In this document: positions 1-14,200 of the stretch, one piece after another
Numbering within the stretch: the stretch's first letter is position 1
Layout of the letters: each line of letters starts with the position of its first letter
Source of the DNA: Klebsormidium nitens
Lineage: Eukaryota; Plantae; Klebsormidiophyceae
Length of the DNA stretch: 64,000 nt
Reading direction: 5' to 3'
NCBI GenBank assembly: GCA_000708835.1
Contig: DF237067.1
Location: forward strand, 126,110 to 190,109
Translations under genes and position numbers: made by a program
Notes under the pieces: model-generated
What the model was told of the DNA's origin: nothing
The model's database searches: none
What the model saw: only the letters and a program-made list of their open reading frames with translations

Positions 1-90
1 CTGCAACGAGCAATCAAGAAAGCGTCGGGGAGCAAGTGCTTGGGGAATGGTGCTGAACAAAGAACAGTCAGAACTCCCACCATTCCTCAC

Positions 91-3000
91 CTTTTCAACT
101 AGGCTCGCTGTGCTCATCTCCTCTTCGCCCTCTTCGTACCCTGCCAAGACACAGGACCATGATAAGCTCTCTCTGTTCATGTGAGCCGTGAGATGGACAC
201 TGCCCTCCCAGCTGGCCAAGCGAGAAATTTTCGACGCTTTCGTTCTCGAGATCAGAGCGCGAAAGGAAAGGGCTACTCGTAAATGCAAAGTAAGCAGTGA
301 GCAACTCAGAAAGGACCATCACGAAGCAAAGAGCAATGACGCCAAGTAAGACATAACGCACCTGCTATTGAGACTGTTACGTCCGCATTCTCGTAGAAGG
401 CTTTTCTGTCCTTCCAGATGGTTGACAGCCTCGTGAACGCCTGCACGAGAACACAATTGAGTACGTTTGCAAGTCTCAGGGGACTGACAAGTCATCCAGT
501 AAAGACAGAGGCTCGCCATGATACAGCACTTCTCAGCTCGAATTGTTTGCAGTCTATGCCTCCAAGGGTCTCCAAGTGAAGGCAAGCAAGCTTGGAATAT
601 TTCGTGGAAGTCAGTGAAAGCCCCTAAAGAGAAGAGCGTAAAGAGCAGGACCTTCGTTTCAGCGCTCTCGTCTGTGGCATCCCCTCCGTTCAGCAGTGGC
701 CTGGACGCATGGCCGTTCTTTGTGACGCGCTTTGCCAGGGTTTGAATAGGCACTTGCAGGAAAATGGAGATGCCGTAGTGCATGCTACTCCTGGGCATGG
801 AAAGAAACGACAACGAAGTCAGAGGCACATCGCGGAAGAAGTGACGAGAAAAGCTATGAGTGCAAAAGCCGATATGCTTGGGCAAACTACCTCTAAAAGC
901 TGACACTTAAAGCACCGGGCGCCCTTCGCATTTCATGACTACTGTAGTGCCATTGGCACCCATTGACCTGACAGACAGGTTGCTTAATGACGGGAGAGCT
1001 AATCCAGCACCACGTGCCAGACAAATGTAATAATCTGCCAGCAGTGAACTCCAACTTGCCAAAACCCTCAACCCTTTGAGGCGGGCCATCGAGCACTGGA
1101 ATTGTGCCCGATATAGCAAAGAGGAAAGCAAAAGAACTTTTCTGAAGGACAACACGACTGAAGGGCTTCGACCTTGCTCACCAGTTCTCTTTTCTCAGCA
1201 CGGCACCACCTCCTGTGGATATCACGGATCTTGTTTCTCTGGCCAGTTGCGACAAGACTTCAGTCTGCACAGTAGCATGCCAGACTTTCTTAGGCAGTCG
1301 AGCTATGTCGTTCATGACCTTTTGCCGAGATTGCTGAGTGCACGAGAGAGGAGGCGCATAGTGCAAAAAGCAGGTCAAGAAAGGTGGAACAGGAACAATC
1401 AGGCAAGCGCCATTTGCAACTTCCAGTGACTTGGGTGAACAGGGACGAGCCGACAGCGAAGCACCATCAGAAATCGGCTCCACACCTCAAGCTTTCGAAA
1501 GGTGTCCTCTCCGTTCTCCTTGAAAATCTGAGAGACAGGTGCTCCTACAGCACCTTCGATAACTTCGTCACTGCAGCACAATGGAAAAAGGCCATGTCAG
1601 AAAGACCACCGCCTAGATTCCGCCCGATTGCTGGCTGCTCGTTCTTTCCCAGATATGGACATGCATTGCAAACAAAGGAGAAACAACCCAGCTTGGGTAT
1701 CTTAACGGGGGATGCAAGACTTACAAGCTCCTTAAACCACCACCCCGGGTATAACTCGGGGCAAACCGGCTGGCATTCGCGCCAACGGCCACCGAATTTC
1801 AAATTTCGGCCCGAAGGCGCTCGCTTCCAGCTTGTGCATTTTTGACCTTATACATCAAAGAAGCTGAAAGCATTACTTCACCATTTTCGGCGGTTTTGCT
1901 TTCTAGAGCTCTATCTTGTGGGAAAAACAAGGCCAGGTCGAAACCGCCGCTCAGTTCGTGCAGAAACGGCCTGTTTTTGCGTAGGCAGGGGTACCTTCTT
2001 CATGTGTGCGTCCAGTGTGCGCCCGTCGCGAATTTCAAGTTGCGAACTTGATTATGAGCATTCCTGGTTACCAGGAGTATTTATACCTTGGGTGGTGGTT
2101 TAAGTGGACGGACTAAGACTGACCATAAATTGAGTTTAGATGATGCAAGCTGGAATTGAGTATGCAAGGAGCCGGCTTCACCAGTCAAAAAACCGGTATT
2201 GTAACCGCTCGGCCAGTAGCTTCCCAATTGTGCTTTTGCCGCTGCCCATCATGCCTGCTCCAAGGAGGGTTCAAAGCTCATATCAGTGAGGGAGCATCGA
2301 TGTCACACGGAATATAGGAGATTACAGGCAGCAAAAAAAATGGAGAATCAGATTCCGAAATCCTGCAGCAAGGCTTCAGTGCGATGGCTCTGCACTTGTG
2401 ACGCCAGTGATTGATAACAGCCTCCTCAACTCACCTACAAGGTACACATTGACCCCACCCAATGCCTTAGCAACTCCGACTGCTTTCTCCTGCAAGAACA
2501 CAGTCTGTTTGTATCGCAGCACGGTGTCTGTAGTAATTACTAATAAGTGTCAGAAGATTGTGGGGCTATGAACTGCATCAGAGGCCGATACGAGGGCGCA
2601 TGCTGCCCCCACTAGCTATCAGCTCACATCAACTCTGAAGTGGTGTCGATTGATCTTGCCTGCACTCTCCGTTCTGACTCCGGCTCCAAGGAATCTCGTC
2701 GAGGAGTGGCTGGAAAGAGCAGATTAACAGAAGTCAGACACCTGTCAGCTTCAGACACTTTCAAACATACACAAAGGTGCAGGAGTGTTTCACATCGCCA
2801 GCAGCTTGCACGTTATGCAATGCTCCTATCTAGTCAGCACACCAACAACGGAAAGCTGTCTGTTGCAGTCCTGCACCAGGAGAGTGGCATAGGCTCACAT
2901 ACCACTGCATTGCACATCTTTTTTCCTGGACTCTCGGCGCTTGAATCTAGCACAGGCAGCGGGAAGCCTTTGGGCTGATTGCAGCAACCGCAGCTCAAGT

Positions 3001-3140
3001 TGCTGCCCCGACTCCTTTTGACGTTGACAATTATGCCAGCAATGAGTTCTTGTGGTGCCAGTCTGATGGCTCCAGTTTGCAGCTGGCAATGCTTCTAGAA
3101 AACTCCGTTGAAAAGCCGGAGCTTGTGCGACGAGCGCCAT
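91..3140 (-). CDS. SK: Shikimate kinase, plastid-targeted (3'-partial; last exon lies left of the window)
   Basis: Exons 3140-2903, 2709-2660, 2489-2435, 2254-2182, 1570-1486, 1264-1182, 790-652, 440-362, 140-91 splice in frame. They give a transit-peptide-like N-terminus, then [16 protein letters not shown] (P-loop), [37 protein letters not shown]...SRPLL and RKAFYENAD. The intron starting at 90 ends with an AG acceptor at positions 2-1. Confidence 0.95.
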
Positions 3141-3857
3141 CGTCTGCTACAGTACAAAGTGGAGGGTACTTTTGAGGTTAGTTAGGCTTTAAAGAATGAC
3201 AGACGCAGCTGACGTTGTTTTGTGCAACCTGCAGCTTTATGTTTGATGAACTACCCCCACTTTCTCCGCCCTGAAGCTGTTTTTGCCTAGAGACCTGATC
3301 GAGGCTGCGCGACTTGCTAGGAACCGAGGCCCAAGGGCAAGCAAGGGCTTCGTGAGGCGCAAGGGCTTAGTGTGGCGCCGCTGCGCTCGTAGATGGCCGT
3401 GCTGATATGCCGACGTGCGCAAGGCTGTATTACACTTGCGCGATCCAAACGATCCGATCGGAGTCCGGACCGAATGGAACTTGCAGGGTAATGGTCAGTG
3501 CCCAATTCGCATATCAAGCAAAGCCCAGCAAGTTGCAACCCGTTTCTACCCGTATGAAGGGCCATTAGTGCGCGTGAATGGTTGGAGAATCCAGCTCATG
3601 CTCCCATTACAAGTAAATGATGCACTTTCTCTTTGGTGTTGTCAATTTCTACTGCCACCTGGGAGCCTTCCCGGTTCGATCTAGTTTGAAGGCTTCTCTG
3701 ATCTCATGAGTTCCGCATGGCCGGGGTTGCTGCATTTGCAGGGACCCAGCATCAATCGACACCGTTCGTTCTGCAGTGCTTCATGACGGCGGCCTTGAAG
3801 ATGCAGCCTGCAAACGCAGGTGTCTGAGCTCCCTTTTGTGCGGCAGTCCCCTGCACT

Positions 3858-6800
3858 ATGAAGTACGGGCGGGGATTGCGGCCACCTTCCAGGTCTAGTG
3901 GTCGCGGGTGGCGATGGTGGATCTTCCGCGTGGCGCTCCCTCCCACCTTGATGCTAGTCTTTCTTCTGCAGCCGCTCTTCTACTTTTTGGTGCACCGAGG
4001 CTCGCAGCAAGGAGCAGCATCTGCCCAGGGTGATAGTGCAAGAAGTGCGGAATTGCTGAGCTGGGATGCGAGGATCCAAGACTTGGACGAAAGGAGGGGC
4101 AATCGGCAAGTTGATGCATGGTCTCAAGGGAAAAGTGTGCAGCAGCTAGACAGCCAGGTGCAGCCCAAGGTCGACAAAGCGGAAATCAGCTCAAAGTTTG
4201 ATCACCCTAGCTTCGCGAAGCCTGAGGTGGCCGTCGGTTGGCCTCCCTCAAACCTGCTCTCCATACAGATGCTGGAGTTCAATCGCCAGGGGAGGTGGAT
4301 CCCTGCTGGTCAGGGGCCAGTGAACATCAGCCGTCTAGCTCCTGATGCCATCCCCATCGTGTTGTATGTTCATAACCGGCCGAGCTACCTGCGGGTGGTC
4401 TTGGACGCACTGTCTCATGTCCATGGAATTGAGGAGACGGTGCTCATCGTGAGCCATGACGGATACTATCCCGAGGTGGCGGACATCGTGGGAGAGATCA
4501 CCTTCACCAGAGTCAAGCAGGTAAGAGCTGCGGTGGTGCTAAGTGGCTGGCTTCGACTGTGGCAGTCTTGTCTGGCCTCTGAGTCTGTTCGAAAAGTCCA
4601 CTGAGGTGTGTTTCTTGAATTGGAAAGAAGAAGAGTGTTGGCTCTGTCGGTGGCAGCTCGGACTTGGCTTTTATTGCATACGATCTTGGTTCCCCCTGTC
4701 CTTGAGGATTATTAGGCTGCAAGGGGCACAAGCACCAGAAGGATAGAATGCACTCAAGAGGCCTCTCGTCTCTCGGAAGGTACTCACTGTAGGTCCTCGC
4801 TTTAAACAAGTTCTTTGTGAACAGCATAATTGAGTTCAAGTTCACTCTGGCCTTTGTTTTCAGTTCATCAGGGAACTCAAGTGGCGATGAGAAGGAGGAG
4901 GTGCTTTATGTCATTATGAAGAACAGTCTTATCCACATCCGATCTTTAAAAGCACAAAAAACGATGCACTTCAACTACACTTGAGAATATCATACTTGAA
5001 AGCCCATCTACAAAACCAATCGGCTCAAATCATCAACACATACTCTAGTGGACGTTGGTGACTGTAGGTAACAAGTTTGATTGGTTGCCAGCCATGTTGG
5101 CGTCAATCAGTCCCCCAAAAGTCAGTTCCACAAGATCAGCGCAGCAGCCCCCGCTTGCAGATCTTTGCCCCCTACTCGCCCCACAACTTTGTGGACAGCT
5201 TCCCCAACATCTCCCCGGGGGACTGCCCTGAGCGCCCCGCAGCGGGGGAGGTGCAGGTGGGCTGCGTGGGCGACGCCGACCAATACGGCAACTACCGGGC
5301 GCCGCGCATCGTGAGCTTGAAGCACCACTGGTTCTGGCTGATGAATCACGTGTGGGACGAGATGGTCGAGCTGCGCGACTTCGAGGGGCACATCATGTTC
5401 ATGGAGGAAGATCACGTGCTCGCGCCGAAAGCGTACAGGACGCTCCAGGTGGGGCCTCCTCGGCTGAGAGTGGTTGGATCTGAGATGGATGAGAATCTTG
5501 CGGATGAATTCGTAGACTAAGATGATCAGTTGCGCGTTTCGTTCTGGACCAGTGATCCGACTTGGAAGGTTGAAACGCAGATAGGTTTTGCTCGTCAGAC
5601 CAAGCTGGAGATTTGTTAGACAAGATGAGGGCCGGAACTGCCAGAACTGTCAGAATGGATTGTCAGTTGAACTCGACAAGGTCAACTTGACCAAGAGCTT
5701 CATCTTTATAGAAGTTTGTCTGCATTTCGTAGCCGGACTCTGAGGCATACCCAAATGAGTTCAAAGTGGTTGGCCCTAACCTTTTCACTAGCTTATTCGA
5801 AGGCTTTTTGTCAACATAATCTGGTGCTCCGCCTTCACCATAGCAGTGGCGACTTTGCTGAGGGGTCGAGCTTTCTTTTGAGAGTCGTTTTGTCAGTCCA
5901 GGGACTTCTTCTAATCTTTATCCAAAAGACCAATGTGGATGTAGACACATTTGCAGTCGTCTTTTGCTCGTCTTTGCCATTTCTGCTGAGTATGTGAATT
6001 TGCGCATGCTGTTCAAGTTTTGCATGGCCTTGAAAAGTTCATTCTATTTTGATATCTTTCCGTCCTTCGTACACTAACTCAAACAAAGGAAGCAGCAGCC
6101 CCTTTTCAATGCGCTTCCGATTCACCACAGCTGTTGTTTTCTGAAGGCGTTCACGCTCCCTGAAGTGTGATTGTCCTGGAATCCCAATCACGTAGGCCCC
6201 CCCGCCCCGTTTTTCTTGACTGCCTCTCATCTCGTTCCTCATTTGCACCTGACGAGCTTTCGCGTCTCATCCGTGACACTCGCCTTCCCCGCCAGGTGCT
6301 GGCCAAAGTGAAGGGCGAGCGGTGTCCCCACTGCGTGGCTGTAAATCTGGGCATGCCGCTGCACGACGGGGGGAACCCGGGGGGCAACTACTTTGTCGCG
6401 GATTGGATGGCCAACATGGGCTACGCCTTCAACCGCAGCACGTGGCAACGGATGCGGGACGGCGCGCGCACGTTTTGTACGTACAGCGACTACAACTGGG
6501 ACGAGACGCTCAAGTGGTCCGTTATGGCGCACTGGGCGCCCGTCAGGCTGGGCCTGCACGCGGCAGGTGAGCGCTGGCGCAAACGAGATCGGAACGGACG
6601 TGTAATGAGGCGTCGAGAAAAGTTTTGGATTGGGCACACGCTTTGCTTCCATTTTCTAGACTCCTGTAAACGAGGAACTTGCGACCTAGCGGACAGGAAT
6701 GGTTGACATGAGGGTGGGCTTCTCAGCCTGGGCGCAGTCGTCGTGCGGATTGTTGGCTTTGGTTCTCCTCACCTTCCTTCCTCTTCCTGCCCATAACACT

Positions 6801-7164
6801 GCTAAGGACGCGGTCAAGAAGCGCGTTCCAAGACACGCAGTATTCAGATCGTATGTCCCGAGCCGCTCGCTCTAGTGGAACGCTTGTCTTTTTCCGATCG
6901 GCAGGCCCTCCCATCATGCACATGGGCAAGTGCGGGCTGCACGGGCAGGCGGATGGCGCGGGGTGCGCCGAAATTGACGATCAGGTGGCGGCCTTTCTGG
7001 CCCAGGAGGCAGACCGGCCTCCTCCGGATGAGAGCTGGGGGATACGGGAAGAGGGCCAGGATTTGAATAGAATCGGCTTCTCGGGGTGGGGGGGCTGGGG
7101 CGACCGGAGAGACCACAAGCTGTGCATGTTTTTTGCAAAGTTGCCGGAAGGGTTGCGCTCGTAA
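3858..7164 (+). CDS. MGAT2: Alpha-1,6-mannosyl-glycoprotein 2-beta-N-acetylglucosaminyltransferase (GnT-II, GT16)
   Basis: Exons 3858-4520, 5161-5448, 6296-6566, 6905-7164. Type II membrane anchor near the N-terminus. Motifs VLYVHNRPSYL, LIVSHDGY, SLKHHWFWLMNHVWD, FMEEDH, NMGYAFNRSTW, FCTYSDYNWD, HMGKCGLH and GWGGWGDRRDHKLC are typical of GnT-II. Confidence 0.93.
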
Positions 7165-7541
7165 GGAGCATCGTCAAAGTGCCTTAACATGGTGTTGTGC
7201 TCGTGATCTTGATACCTTTTAGACGGATTTAGAAACGGCTTGCATTGCGCGCGCATGCATGCTTTGAACACCCTCGGGAGCTTTGTACATTAGCCGTGAG
7301 TATAGACGCTGATGTTAATCTTCTAGACCAACATCTGACCAAGACAGGATGAGAAAGCATCCGACCTGTGATAGCCGACTAATCATTCGAAGCAACTATT
7401 CTGGTGCTCTGGATTGATGCATGTCGATCAGAAAGCTCACGATATGCTTGTCTCCTTTGAGTCCCGGTTGTGAAACGTTGAAGCGTGGTTGAAGTTTAAT
7501 CGTAGAACAATCCGCGATCATCTTTGTTTCTTTTTCGGTTG

Positions 7542-7603
7542 CGCCGGGGAGGTCAAAACCCGGGAACATGCATATTATGATTACCCGGGCATACCTCCCG
7601 GCG
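7542..7603. other. GC-rich hairpin in the MGAT2/CGEP convergent spacer
   Basis: Outer stem CGCCGGG(G)AGGT pairs with ACCTCCCGGCG, followed by a small internal loop and an inner CCCGGG/CCCGGG stem. Confidence 0.45.
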
Positions 7604-8276
7604 ATGCCTAGGAACTAAGGCACGCATTGTTAAGAATAAAAGCCTGACATAGTGACGTTGAAATTTGATCGGCAATACAGCATCAGTGAGCGTTTGCATG
7701 TCGGAGATGTCGGGCAGGCCGTCGCATGCAGGTCGGTGGTATTTAATTAGAGCACATGCCACACCTAGCTTCCGCGGTCGTCCAGGCCCACATCCGGACT
7801 ATGGGGCTCCACGCGGTCTGCAGATCATGCTAGCTGCATGTCGGACATGATGACACATGATTGTTATAGTACGTGCCGCCAGTGGCAAGTGTACATGAGT
7901 ATATGCGTGGTAACGTACATACAAATGTCCAATAATAATGTCCAAGCATCTGTGAGCTTGCATATTGCATGGAGGTGTCCCGCAGACTCGGTTTATGATC
8001 GATTGTCATTGCAAACCGCAATCCACAATCTTGCAGGCCGAAAAGCAGAAGCGCGGTGATCTCGAGAAATCAGGTGCCAGAGATGGTGCGATGTGCTATA
8101 CAATGAACAAGCAGACTCTGAAGGAGCCTGAACAATGTTTCCCGCCTGGGAAATGCTAGCGCAATAAGCTATGGCTGCGACTACCAACCGAAGTGTCAAC
8201 GAGCCCTGACCGCAATCAGCCTGTAAATCAACAACTCTCTCTTATCCCCCCACGGATTATTCGAACAAATAGGCTT

Positions 8277-11200
8277 TCACAACGACGAGATGGGCGTTCC
8301 TTCCGGCAGAAGTCTCATCCGCCCTGCTAGCGCACTCTCGACAGCCTCTGCAGCCACTGCGACTTGGGCTCCCCCTTCGGTTGCCGCCACCTTTTCCCCC
8401 TCTTCCGTCTTTGATGTTGCAACGCAGTACTTCTCCAACCAGCGGTCCATTTCCCAGAGCATGTGCATGATGCTTTCGCGTGCGCGGTATCCGTGGCTCT
8501 CGTGCGGCAGAATAACCAGCCGCGTGTTGGCGCCGTGGCCCTTGAGGGCGGCGAAGAAGCGCTCCGACTGCAGTAGAAGAGCAGCGGCATGAGAAGAGCT
8601 GGACTTCTTCAACCAGATTATCTTGATAGTTGAAAGCTAGACGACAAAATGTGACAAGACTTCGATGTTCTCCGGACAAGAGGAACACTCGTCGCTGGTC
8701 AGACCCTGCTGACGACGCTAGACTCATAAGACAGAGTAACAAGGAATCTAGCGTCAAGCAAGCCACCGGCCCTGACGACTTTTTCAGTGAGCGCGAAGAA
8801 CCCGCTCGGAATCTGTGGCGACAATAAGGTACAAGCGAGGTGCGTTGTCGCAGAGAAACGGAGCGCCTCGGCGTGAGTGCCAACCGGACGCTTTTGGACA
8901 CTGCCGCTCGCTCTGCGGACGGATCCAGTCGCGGCCACCATAAGAAAGAGTGGCGCAAGCACAAAGGATCCAGCCGCCGATTTTTACAGAAAACAAAAGG
9001 GCTGGGCGAAATGCAGGGCACTTCCCGGCCACCAACTAGATCCCTCCCCTACCTGATCGTTCTCATATTGCCCCACTTTGACCGCTCACTTTCTCGCAAA
9101 CCCTACCATTACACCCCGGACGACCGTCGGCGCTTAGGGCATCCAAAACAGACATCAGCTGTCTTAGTCGAAAGCTCATTGCGATGGCAACTTTCTGCGC
9201 AGGATAGTGCGAGGCCGCGGGCGCGGTGTTTGCTTGCCTGCATGGGGAAGGTGCCGGTGTTGTTGTCGGCCTCCCCGTGGATGAGCAGCAGCGGCTTCTT
9301 GATCTTGTTCGCCTGCATGAACGGGCTCATCGTCATGTACGTCTCCGCCGCCTCCCACAACGTGCGCTCCTCCGCCTGCGCAAACACAGAAAGAGAACGT
9401 CAGCGGATGCCGGAAGTCCGCTCAGCGGTAGCGCGTAAACGAACGTCAGCGACAGCACTTCGCAGACTTGCATCGGTCAATTTTGCTGGCTTGCTGAGAT
9501 GCCAAAAGGATATGCCTTTACTACAGAGGGCGGAGTCTGCAGTGACCCCAATGCTCAGTCGCAGGGTTGCGAAGAGACGGCAAAGAGACCCTTGACCGAT
9601 GACTGACGGGCGGTAGGGAGGCGCGGCGGCAATCCCCAGCAGGGGCATATCAATCGACCGACTTCTCATGTACAAAACTGTTTTGAAGGTCTAAAGAACA
9701 CACAACCTGCAAGATCTTCCAACAAACATCCACTTCTCAGCTTCCTCATGCTGGCAAAGCGGGACACCTGGCAAAGCGGGACATCTGACGTCACCTGGAA
9801 GCCAAAGGGCGTGAGCGTGCGGTTGTAGGCCCCGCTGCGCGCGATGCCGCACGCGAACAGCTGCGGGCAGTGCGCGAGCAGGTTGGCCGTCATGAACGCG
9901 CCGTACGAGTGCCCGCCCACCGCAATGCGCGCGGGGTCCGCTACCTGCATGGCACGCATACTATGAGAAACGGGGAAAAGAGAGGGACGCAAGCTACACG
10001 GACCGGGCCTCCAGTGCACTGAGGCAAGTCAGTAGTCCCAAGGTTTCCCAAGTGAAATAGAAAGGCGTCAAGAAGAAGGACCTCATCTTAAAGTGGGCGT
10101 CGCTTTTATGAGCACAGTAGTGAGTCTAAGTCCTGAGGAGGCTAGAGGGAGGCTTGTAATGGCCACCTCTAAACCGTCCAATGAAATCCTCCAATGTCCA
10201 GGTGCATTCGCGAGTGCAGACGCCCGCTTTAAGCGGGTTGAGTAGGCGTCTCCAAGAAGAGACGTTCCGCCAAACCGTCTGTCCTCGTCGCCGAAGGCCA
10301 ATTCTTGAAAAGAGAGTAGCTTGGTTAACCGGCGGAGCAGATTGAGAACCCTTGAAAGTAAAGAACGAGAGTCCGAACCTAACGAGCACACGAAGACTTA
10401 CCCCTCGTCGTACTACTTCGTCAACAGCGGCCTGCGCGCTCGCAACCAGCTGCTCGACGTACCTGGAGGCAAGGCACATAATCAAAGTCAGCTAACTTGC
10501 ATTATGCAAAGGCGTCGAACAGCACGTACGCTACAATCGTCTTCACAGGCCCGTTAGGTGCGATTTAAAACAATTATCCGTTGCACTGGATCCATAACGT
10601 CTTGTTCTCGAAATGCATCAAGGCTACAATTTTCAATCTGAGCGCACACTTTTACTCAGGGTCAAAGGAAGAGGGACGGAACCGAGAAGAAGTGAAAACT
10701 TGCACGAGGCCTCAAATGGCAATCGCCTCTGAGCCGCAAGTTCCGCATACTGTAAGAAGTCATCCTTCCTTACCACGTAGGACTCCTCGTTTTCCCTTTT
10801 TAGTGCAAGGTTTTGACTTACTTGTCGTTCGCTTCCTGGTCCCCCTCTCCTATGATCGGCATGGTGGGCCCGTCGAGAATAGCGTATCCTCGTGCCAACC
10901 AGAGAAGCGCCGACGTGGAACCGATCCCGGAGAACTCGTTGGGGGATCCCCGCATCTGGCCCGCAGCGTCCTTGCTCTTGAATTCCCTGCACAAACACGG
11001 ATGTAAAAAAAAACACTATCTGGACGGGGTGTCCCTGCGTATGATGACATGTAAGCTGGGTAGAACGAACTGACGACCCCCCTCGTGTCACTGAGCCCAT
11101 TCTGATTGGCCGAAACTCCAGCTATTGGGCATGATCACGAAGCAAGAACAACTTTGCTCAATAGCAGACCAAACTTTTATCCTCTCGTTCCATCTAAAAG

Positions 11201-14200
11201 TACCCTTATCCAAGGAAAAGTCGTGGCCATGCAAGATATACGAACCAACTGCCAAAGGTTCGAGCCAACCACAATAACAGGGAAGTGACGTCAGCTGTGG
11301 CAGGAGGCTGACCTGGGGTAGGCCCACATGATGAGCGGCAGCGGCCCGTCGCGCTTTGCATCGTAGCCGGGCGGCAGGTACAGCGTGCCCATCAAATCCA
11401 CGCCGTCGCTACGCTGGTATCGTATAATCTCCTTGGACAGACCTTTCAGCTGCAACCGACAAGGAAAGGTGTCTCCTGAAGCGCACTTTGAAGCTTGGAC
11501 GGGTGTTTGCTGGGGTTGACAGGAGGGGGCAAATGCAGTAGGGAATTTTCGCATCAGGGGAGAACCGGGGCGCTGAGATTGGTCCCTTCGGACTATGGAG
11601 TAGTGGCTTCCAGCTCGAGACAGGTTCCTTCAGATTGTGAAGTAGTGGCTTCCAACACAAGACAGAGAAGAACTTGTTTGCGAAGCTCAGGTAAGTCATC
11701 GCACTTCAAAAGTGAACCCCTGTCATCAAGGCAGGATGGAGTAGACCGTGAAACAGGCTCCACAACAGAGCGCACGAAGAGCGGGTCTTCCAAGTCGCGG
11801 AAGGCCCTTATCACGGACGGCCGGACTCAGCGACGCGGCAAGGGGTGCGCCACACCTGTGGGTAGGGGTGCGGAAAGTTCGTGATCTGCTGCCACGCGTC
11901 GGTTTTGACGGTCCAGAGGAAGTACTGAGGGGGCTCCGTCTGCGACTCCCGCGACATGAGGAAGCGCATCTCCTCCAGCTGGAACGGCTCCAGGTCGCCT
12001 AACTGCCGGCCCTCTACCAACTGCAAGGGGAAAAAAAGGGAATCACGCACCCCAAACCGCCGTTTCGAGACATCGTGTGGGCACCAACCAGATAGAGTCT
12101 TCGATTGTAGTACACGAATCCACTTCCAATCGTGGCATGCTTTTCTTTCGCAGTTGTAGAGCGACGAACAATACGTGGACGCAGCACCGTGCAACAGCCC
12201 CGGCTGCTTTGTAGTCCGATCGCCTTGCGCATCCAAACGCCTACAATCTGCTTCTCAGAGGACAAGACTCAGAGCGATTCCTCGATGCGAAGAACGCCGT
12301 CTGCTCCCTCGGGCTGCCTACCTCGGGCTGCTTGTCGGACATGAGCGCCACCACGCTCTCGAAGTACTCGTCCTTGCCGCACTGCCACACGCGCTCCGCC
12401 TCCTTCGTCTCCAGATCGAACAGGTCCAAAAACGGCCGATCACCATCCGGCGTGGCCCCTGTTCCCGAGAACAGTAACCGGGGGTGCGCTGCCTTGCCCC
12501 CCCGTACTTCGGCCAGCACGCCGCTGCCCAGGGCGGTCCGCCGGGAGAAGGGGCTGCCCGGGTCCGAGTAGACGTCCTCCCACGACCGGTCGAAGAGGAG
12601 GCGGGGCGAGGCCGAGGAGTCGCCCGGAGAAAAGATCTGCAGGGGGCGAGGGTGAGTCAACGCTTTGGAAGTCTGCTGAAGACCGCTCTGCGGCTCTGGG
12701 AGCGGTCAAAACTCAAGCAGCGGTTCGTTCAAATCCAAGAGATTTCGGTTCCAAACAACCAGCCTGTCCATCCAACCTCGCTTTCACCTTCGGATCGACT
12801 CTTCGGTTTCGTCGAGATACTGCTCAAACCACTTGACAGATTCTTGTCAGCAATTGTAAGCTCCAGGAAACTGAGAAAAGCCGCTCGAATAACGGTTTTT
12901 CCTTGTACGTGCAATCTAAACAGGTTGCTAAACGCAGATGGCAGAGTTCCCCGGCAAGAAACCATTTCATCATAGAAACAACCTCGATAAAGTCCCGCCT
13001 CTGGAGTGATCAGGCGAGCCTACGACGTGACATATGCGGCCGGCTCAAAGCTCCCTCGGCAGGACGACTTCTATGAAGACACACTGCCCGGGCGGTCTCC
13101 CCTATGCTCTCTCTCCCACGCTCTTCAACCTGTCCATCCCAGCTTTCCTCCAATATTTCCCCGTTCTCACCCATGTCCTCGTGTTGCGTGTCTTGTACCA
13201 GCTCTCGTACAGCAGTGCCTGGTCATCCCGCTGCCACTGGATCCCTCCGTATCGCTGCTCCGTCTTCGCCAGCACCGCGGGCTCGGACCCGTCGTCCTCT
13301 GCGGGCGCCGTGTACACGATGTCGCGGGGAGACGCCTCCACCTTTGCGTCGCCGCCGTCCTGCGTCTCGGCCTGCAGAGGACGGCAGCTGGGCGTCAGCG
13401 AACAGCAGGCTTCTTCTACGTATCGTTCTCGAAAGATTTCGTTCAACCCTGCTTCCGCCTGTCGTTCTCCAAGTGCCCGTTCTCAAAGACCTGGTCGACT
13501 GCAAAGAGTCGCTCGACTGGGACAGCATCCAGTGGTGGTCAGAGCCGGAAACAAAGCTGATTCTTCTGTACCTTTTCACATGTATTCGTCTCTTCGCAGG
13601 GACGACCTAGAGGAACAAGGCATAGTTTTGAACTCGAAGCGCTCAAGTGTTATCCCGACGATTCAGCCATCAACTACAGCCGTGGTTCCAATCACTCTTA
13701 AGAAAACTCTTACAAAAAGGCAATGGAGCGGTGGGAGTTGACGCCGCACAGGCCCTTGTCGACCCAGCTACATCGAAGCAATGTGACCTGGAGATCAGTG
13801 ATCCAGCAAGCGCGGTGGCCCGGGCACTCACCCAGTAGAGCGTGGCCGGCTTATCCTCCCGCCAGTTGATCCCTCGCCGGCCTTTCCTAACACTGTTGAA
13901 CGTAATCGGAATATCCTCCGCGAGTGGCAACCGCACGACGTCGCGCACTTTCTCGCCTGCCGCGCTCCCGCTCGCGCGCCACACTTCCACCGTGAGAGGG
14001 AACCGCCCGCAGGGGACCACATATGAGTACGGCCGCTCGACATAGGTTATGAGCATGAACTTGCCGTCGGGAGAAACATCGATGGAGGTGTAAAGGCGGG
14101 GAACGCCGATGGGTTGAATGTTGCCGGAAAGGTCGAGGACGTGGAGTTGGGAGGTGGCGTAGTAGTCGAAGAGGTCCTCGTCGTGGGTGTCTTTCAGGAG

